Below, one piece after another: positions 7,623-8,564 of a stretch of 8,564 bases of DNA. The notes under the pieces are model-generated. The model was not told the DNA's origin. It ran no database searches and saw nothing but the letters and a program-made list of their open reading frames with translations. Source of the DNA: Paraspadella gotoi (taxonomy: Eukaryota > Animalia > Chaetognatha); contig JBJCIZ010000614.1 of NCBI GenBank assembly GCA_051294375.1, positions 1 to 8,564 of the forward strand. The letters are read 5' to 3'. The first letter of the stretch is position 1. The number at the start of each line of letters is the position of its first letter. Position numbers and translations under genes: made by a program.

Positions 7623-8564
7623 AGGTCTAAAAATCTTTCTAAAAATCTTCTGGCTGCTTTTGTAGATTTGTCGGAGACAATTCAACCTGAAGTCAGTCGA
7701 GTGACTTCACCCATGATTCGTAATCGGTTAATTCAATCAGATGTTCCAATTTTGTATATTTGATATAATTCAGTTTCGGGATTTGATACTTGCTTCCGCC
7801 ATAACTGACTTTTTTAAAAAGGCGATTTAGTATTAAGCGAAATGATTAATTTTTCGCAACGATTTTTTTATTTAAATTGTTACAGACATGTTTCGAATAG
7901 TATGCAAGTTGAAAAAAGTATGCAAGTTGAAAAAAGTATGCAAGTTGAAAAAAGTATGCAAGTTGAAAAAAGTATGCAAGTTGAAAAAAGTATGCAAGTT
8001 GAAAAAAGTATGCAAGTTGAAAAAATGATGCAAGTTGAAAAAATGATACAAGTTGAAAAAATGATACAAGTTGAAAAAATGATACAAGTTAAAAAAATTA
8101 TAAACCTAAAAAAATGATACAAGCTAAAAAAATAAAGCAAGCTAAAAAATTGATACAAGCTGAAAAATAATACAAGTTAAAAAAAATGAAAAATTTAAAA
8201 AATGATGCAAATTTAAAAAAATATTATTATTGCCGCAGTAACAGTTCAGTTTAAGCCTTTGAAAGCGATTTACATGTATTGTCGTTGTAGAAAAACATTA
8301 AAAACGTCTTCCAATACGCAATCACAACGAAAAAGAAAGGAAATTCACGAAGTTTTAGACAAAAAAAAACAAAAAAGGGTATTAAAAAATGTCAAAGATC
8401 AAAGGTTAATCTTTTCTTTTAATAATCTTATATATGTTGAAAATAAAGAATAAAAGAGCAACCATTATAAAAAATAACAGGAAAAGCTTTCAACCCTATA
8501 CTATAGTTTCGTCGAGAGTAGGTTGGTCAGTTGGTATATACATTAAGGCGGAACAGGTTACAAA
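7623..8564 (+). CDS. Tentative spliced gene fragment of unknown product (exons about 7623-7726, 7886 into the repeat, 8239 or 8291-8404, 8481 to the window end)
   Basis: Acceptors CACTTAG (7622), TTGTTACAG (7885), GCCGCAG (8238) or TTGTAG (8290), and TAACAG (8480). Donors G|GTTAAT at 7727 and 8405. The phases are compatible, giving RSKNLSKNLLAAFVDLSETIQPEVSRVTSPMIRNR/HVSN.../KTLKTSSNTQSQRKRKEIHEVLDKKKQKRVLKNVKDQR/KSFQPYTIVSSRVGWSVG. No homology recognised. Confidence 0.25.
7899..8220 (+). repeat. 18-bp minisatellite, about 18 units, consensus AGTATGCAAGTTGAAAAA / ATGATACAAGTTGAAAAA
   Basis: Seven identical units (7899-8024), four near-identical variants (8025-8096), then about seven increasingly diverged 16-19 bp units to 8220. 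Confidence 0.97.

Noticed and set aside
7899-8220. CRISPR array
   Set aside because: The units are head-to-tail with no unique spacers, and no cas-like ORF is present. It is a minisatellite.

Overview
AT-rich eukaryotic-looking genomic DNA; the organism cannot be assigned from the sequence. I see no prokaryotic operon, rRNA/tRNA gene, CRISPR array, transposase or recognisable protein family. Most listed ORFs are by-products of low-complexity tracts. Well supported: four degenerate (CT)n/(GA)n tracts plus a GAAA-rich purine tract (3807-7380); an 87% GC island (6881-6951) followed by five degenerate 22-25 bp GATCGCCAA units; an 18-bp minisatellite (7899-8220) that decays from left to right; and a compound palindrome/long hairpin (1485-1582). 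Tentative: a short-intron gene or pseudogene of unknown function on the minus strand (about 3270-2505, possibly ending at 1180), and a plus-strand spliced gene (7623 to the window end) that may include the minisatellite. I found no convincing new multi-gene system, so the findings are structural leads.
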